64,000 nucleotides of DNA, taken from Candidatus Doudnabacteria bacterium. Lineage in GTDB: Bacteria > Patescibacteriota > Doudnabacteria > UBA920 > O2-02-FULL-48-8. The translations under genes were made by a program, and so were the position numbers. The notes beneath the pieces were generated by a model. The model saw only the letters and a list, made by a program, of their open reading frames with translations. It did no database searches and was not told the origin of the DNA. Below, piece by piece: positions 62,607-64,000 of the stretch; within the stretch, counting starts at the first letter, position 1, and the number at the start of each line of letters is the position of its first letter. Location of the stretch: positions 760,235-824,234 of the forward strand of contig JBBCGO010000001.1 of NCBI GenBank assembly GCA_037200925.1. Direction: 5' to 3'.

Positions 62607-63461
62607 ATGTTCAAAATTTATTATCAGCTCACCAAACCGGGAATTATCTATGGCAACGCGATCACGACTATCGCCGGATTTTTTTTGGCGTCAAGAGGAC
62701 ACATGAATTGGCGGCTGCTTTTGGCAACTTTGGTTGGATTATCTTTGGTCATTGCCTCGGCTTGCGTGTTCAACAATTTATACGATCGCGACATTGACAG
62801 AAAAATGGAACGCACCCGCAGCCGCGCGTTGGTCACAGGGTCGATATCAAAAACAAATGCCATAATATTTGGCATTGTTCTGATTTTTTTGGGAGCATTT
62901 GTTCTTCGCTTTCATACGAACACGCGGGCTTTGCTCGCGGCGCTGTTTGGATTTTTCGTCTATGTATTTGCATATACGCCGCTCAAGCACCGGTCAGTCC
63001 ATGCCACTCTTGTGGGCGCTATTGCCGGTGCGGTGCCGCCTGTGGTGGGATACACGGCGGTAACAAACCGATTTGATCTTGCGGCCTTGCTTTTGTTCTT
63101 GATCTTAGTTGCCTGGCAGATGCCGCATTTTTATGCGATAGCTATCCGCCGGCTTGATGAATACCGATCAGCCGGGATCCCGGTCCTGCCGGTGCAAAAG
63201 GGGATTGCGGTTACCAAGATAAACATCTTGCTTTATATCGTGGCCTTTATTATTGCGACCACATTACTAACCTTGTTCGGATTTGCAGGATATATTTATC
63301 TTGTTGTTATGCTTTTATTTGGGCTGATATGGCTGACAGTTTGTATTCAAGGTTTTAGGGCCAACAACAATGATTCTGTCTGGGCCCGTAATATGTTTAA
63401 ATTTTCGCTAGTAGTACTTTTAGTATTTAGTGTTGCCATATCAATTAATGCTATAATATAA
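62607..63461 (+). CDS. cyoE: Protoheme IX farnesyltransferase (heme O synthase), UbiA family
   Basis: 'NNLYDRDIDRKMERTRSR' UbiA motif. 8-9 TM. Confidence 0.85.
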   Translation: MFKIYYQLTKPGIIYGNAITTIAGFFLASRGHMNWRLLLATLVGLSLVIASACVFNNLYDRDIDRKMERTRSRALVTGSISKTNAIIFGIVLIFLGAFVLRFHTNTRALLAALFGFFVYVFAYTPLKHRSVHATLVGAIAGAVPPVVGYTAVTNRFDLAALLLFLILVAWQMPHFYAIAIRRLDEYRSAGIPVLPVQKGIAVTKINILLYIVAFIIATTLLTLFGFAGYIYLVVMLLFGLIWLTVCIQGFRANNNDSVWARNMFKFSLVVLLVFSVAISINAII

Positions 63462-63463
63462 CT

Positions 63464-63712
63464 GTGAAAAAAAGATATCTTAAACCTGGCAACATGCTTA
63501 TAATCGGTTTATTATTATATTATCCAGCAAATTTTTTTCGTACCAGTAATTCTATAGGTTGGTTTATATTATTTTTTGTTGGTAAGTTATTATTTGTTCT
63601 GGGATTATTGTTCGCTGCGATTATCGTTTTGGGTTATATATTTGATAAAAAGCTGAAGAATAATAGATTTATGTTTGATTTTTTCGGCATCGGACCAGAA
63701 CTAAAAAAATAA
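63464..63712 (+). CDS. Small hypothetical membrane protein
   Basis: 82 aa, 2 TM. Confidence 0.3.
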   Translation: MKKRYLKPGNMLIIGLLLYYPANFFRTSNSIGWFILFFVGKLLFVLGLLFAAIIVLGYIFDKKLKNNRFMFDFFGIGPELKK

Positions 63713-63725
63713 TAATAATATCTAT

Positions 63726-63977
63726 ATGATTTTAATTATTCACATAATTGCGGCGGTTTCAAGTCTGGTGTTGACCGGTTATCTGTATTTTCGACCGTCT
63801 AAACTTGGACTCAATGCTGATTATTTTTTAGTTGGCACAATGCTGCTTACGGGATTTTACCTGATCTTGAGCAAGCCTGCCCATATGACACAAACCTGCA
63901 TTGAGGGATTGGTTTACTTGGGAGTTGTGTCTTACGGCATCGTTTTGGCTCGGCATAAATTGGCCAAGTTGATTTGA
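63726..63977 (+). CDS. Small hypothetical membrane protein
   Basis: 83 aa, 2-3 TM. Confidence 0.3.
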   Translation: MILIIHIIAAVSSLVLTGYLYFRPSKLGLNADYFLVGTMLLTGFYLILSKPAHMTQTCIEGLVYLGVVSYGIVLARHKLAKLI

Positions 63978-64000
63978 GCTGCTAGTTTATATGGCTGATC

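Overview
This 64 kb window is almost entirely bacterial coding sequence. The gene content is consistent with a small-genome, CPR/Patescibacteria-like organism (for example Saccharibacteria-like); that taxonomic call is inference from gene content only.

Layout, start to end:
1. A large type IV pilus (T4P) locus, 1-24.2 kb. It runs pilM-N-O, pilB, a receiver domain, pilT, pilC, three tandem pilin paralogs, prepilin peptidase, a pseudopilin, DsbA/CcdA, two Cys/His-rich secreted paralogs and minor pilins. It also holds a 2,627-aa pilin-leader-fused, glycine-rich repeat protein whose first ~480 bp is tandemly duplicated as a separate short pilin gene.
2. A LysM protein and NAD-dependent ligase ligA.
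3. A GC-rich islet of tiny HTH / KGG-stress / Fis-like genes with a duplicated promoter-gene unit.
4. An rRNA operon without 16S. A consensus sigma70 promoter drives 23S (about 3.37 kb, with expansion segments), a duplicated structured spacer RNA motif showing compensatory covariation, an atypical tRNA-like gene with a 27-nt insertion, tRNA-Cys and 5S.
5. An EndoQ-like PHP nuclease, then an array of small GC-rich genes each separated by the same terminator-promoter cassette (4 copies). It includes a DUF2384-antitoxin-like protein and a truncated pyruvate-kinase-like protein.
6. HAD hydrolase, tRNA-Ser, an HhH protein, Nudix, dnaG and rpoD. Both dnaG and rpoD carry homopolymer frameshifts. rpoD has a Lys/Ala-rich histone-H1-like N-terminal tail.
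7. A secreted GHSQG alpha/beta-hydrolase with Ig-like repeats.
8. An AT-rich 4-gene cassette flanked by about 185-bp direct repeats that duplicate the promoter and 5' end of a TrmB-like regulator.
9. A tightly coupled operon: amino-acid dehydrogenase, PaaK/GH3-like adenylating ligase, ThiF/E1-like protein and a two-lobed nitroreductase-like protein, bracketed by a response regulator and a sensor kinase.
10. cyoABCD-cyoE (cytochrome bo3-type quinol oxidase plus heme O synthase).

No CRISPR array, integrase or transposase was seen. Several apparent frameshifts all fall in homopolymer runs, which suggests sequencing or assembly indels rather than genuine pseudogenes.
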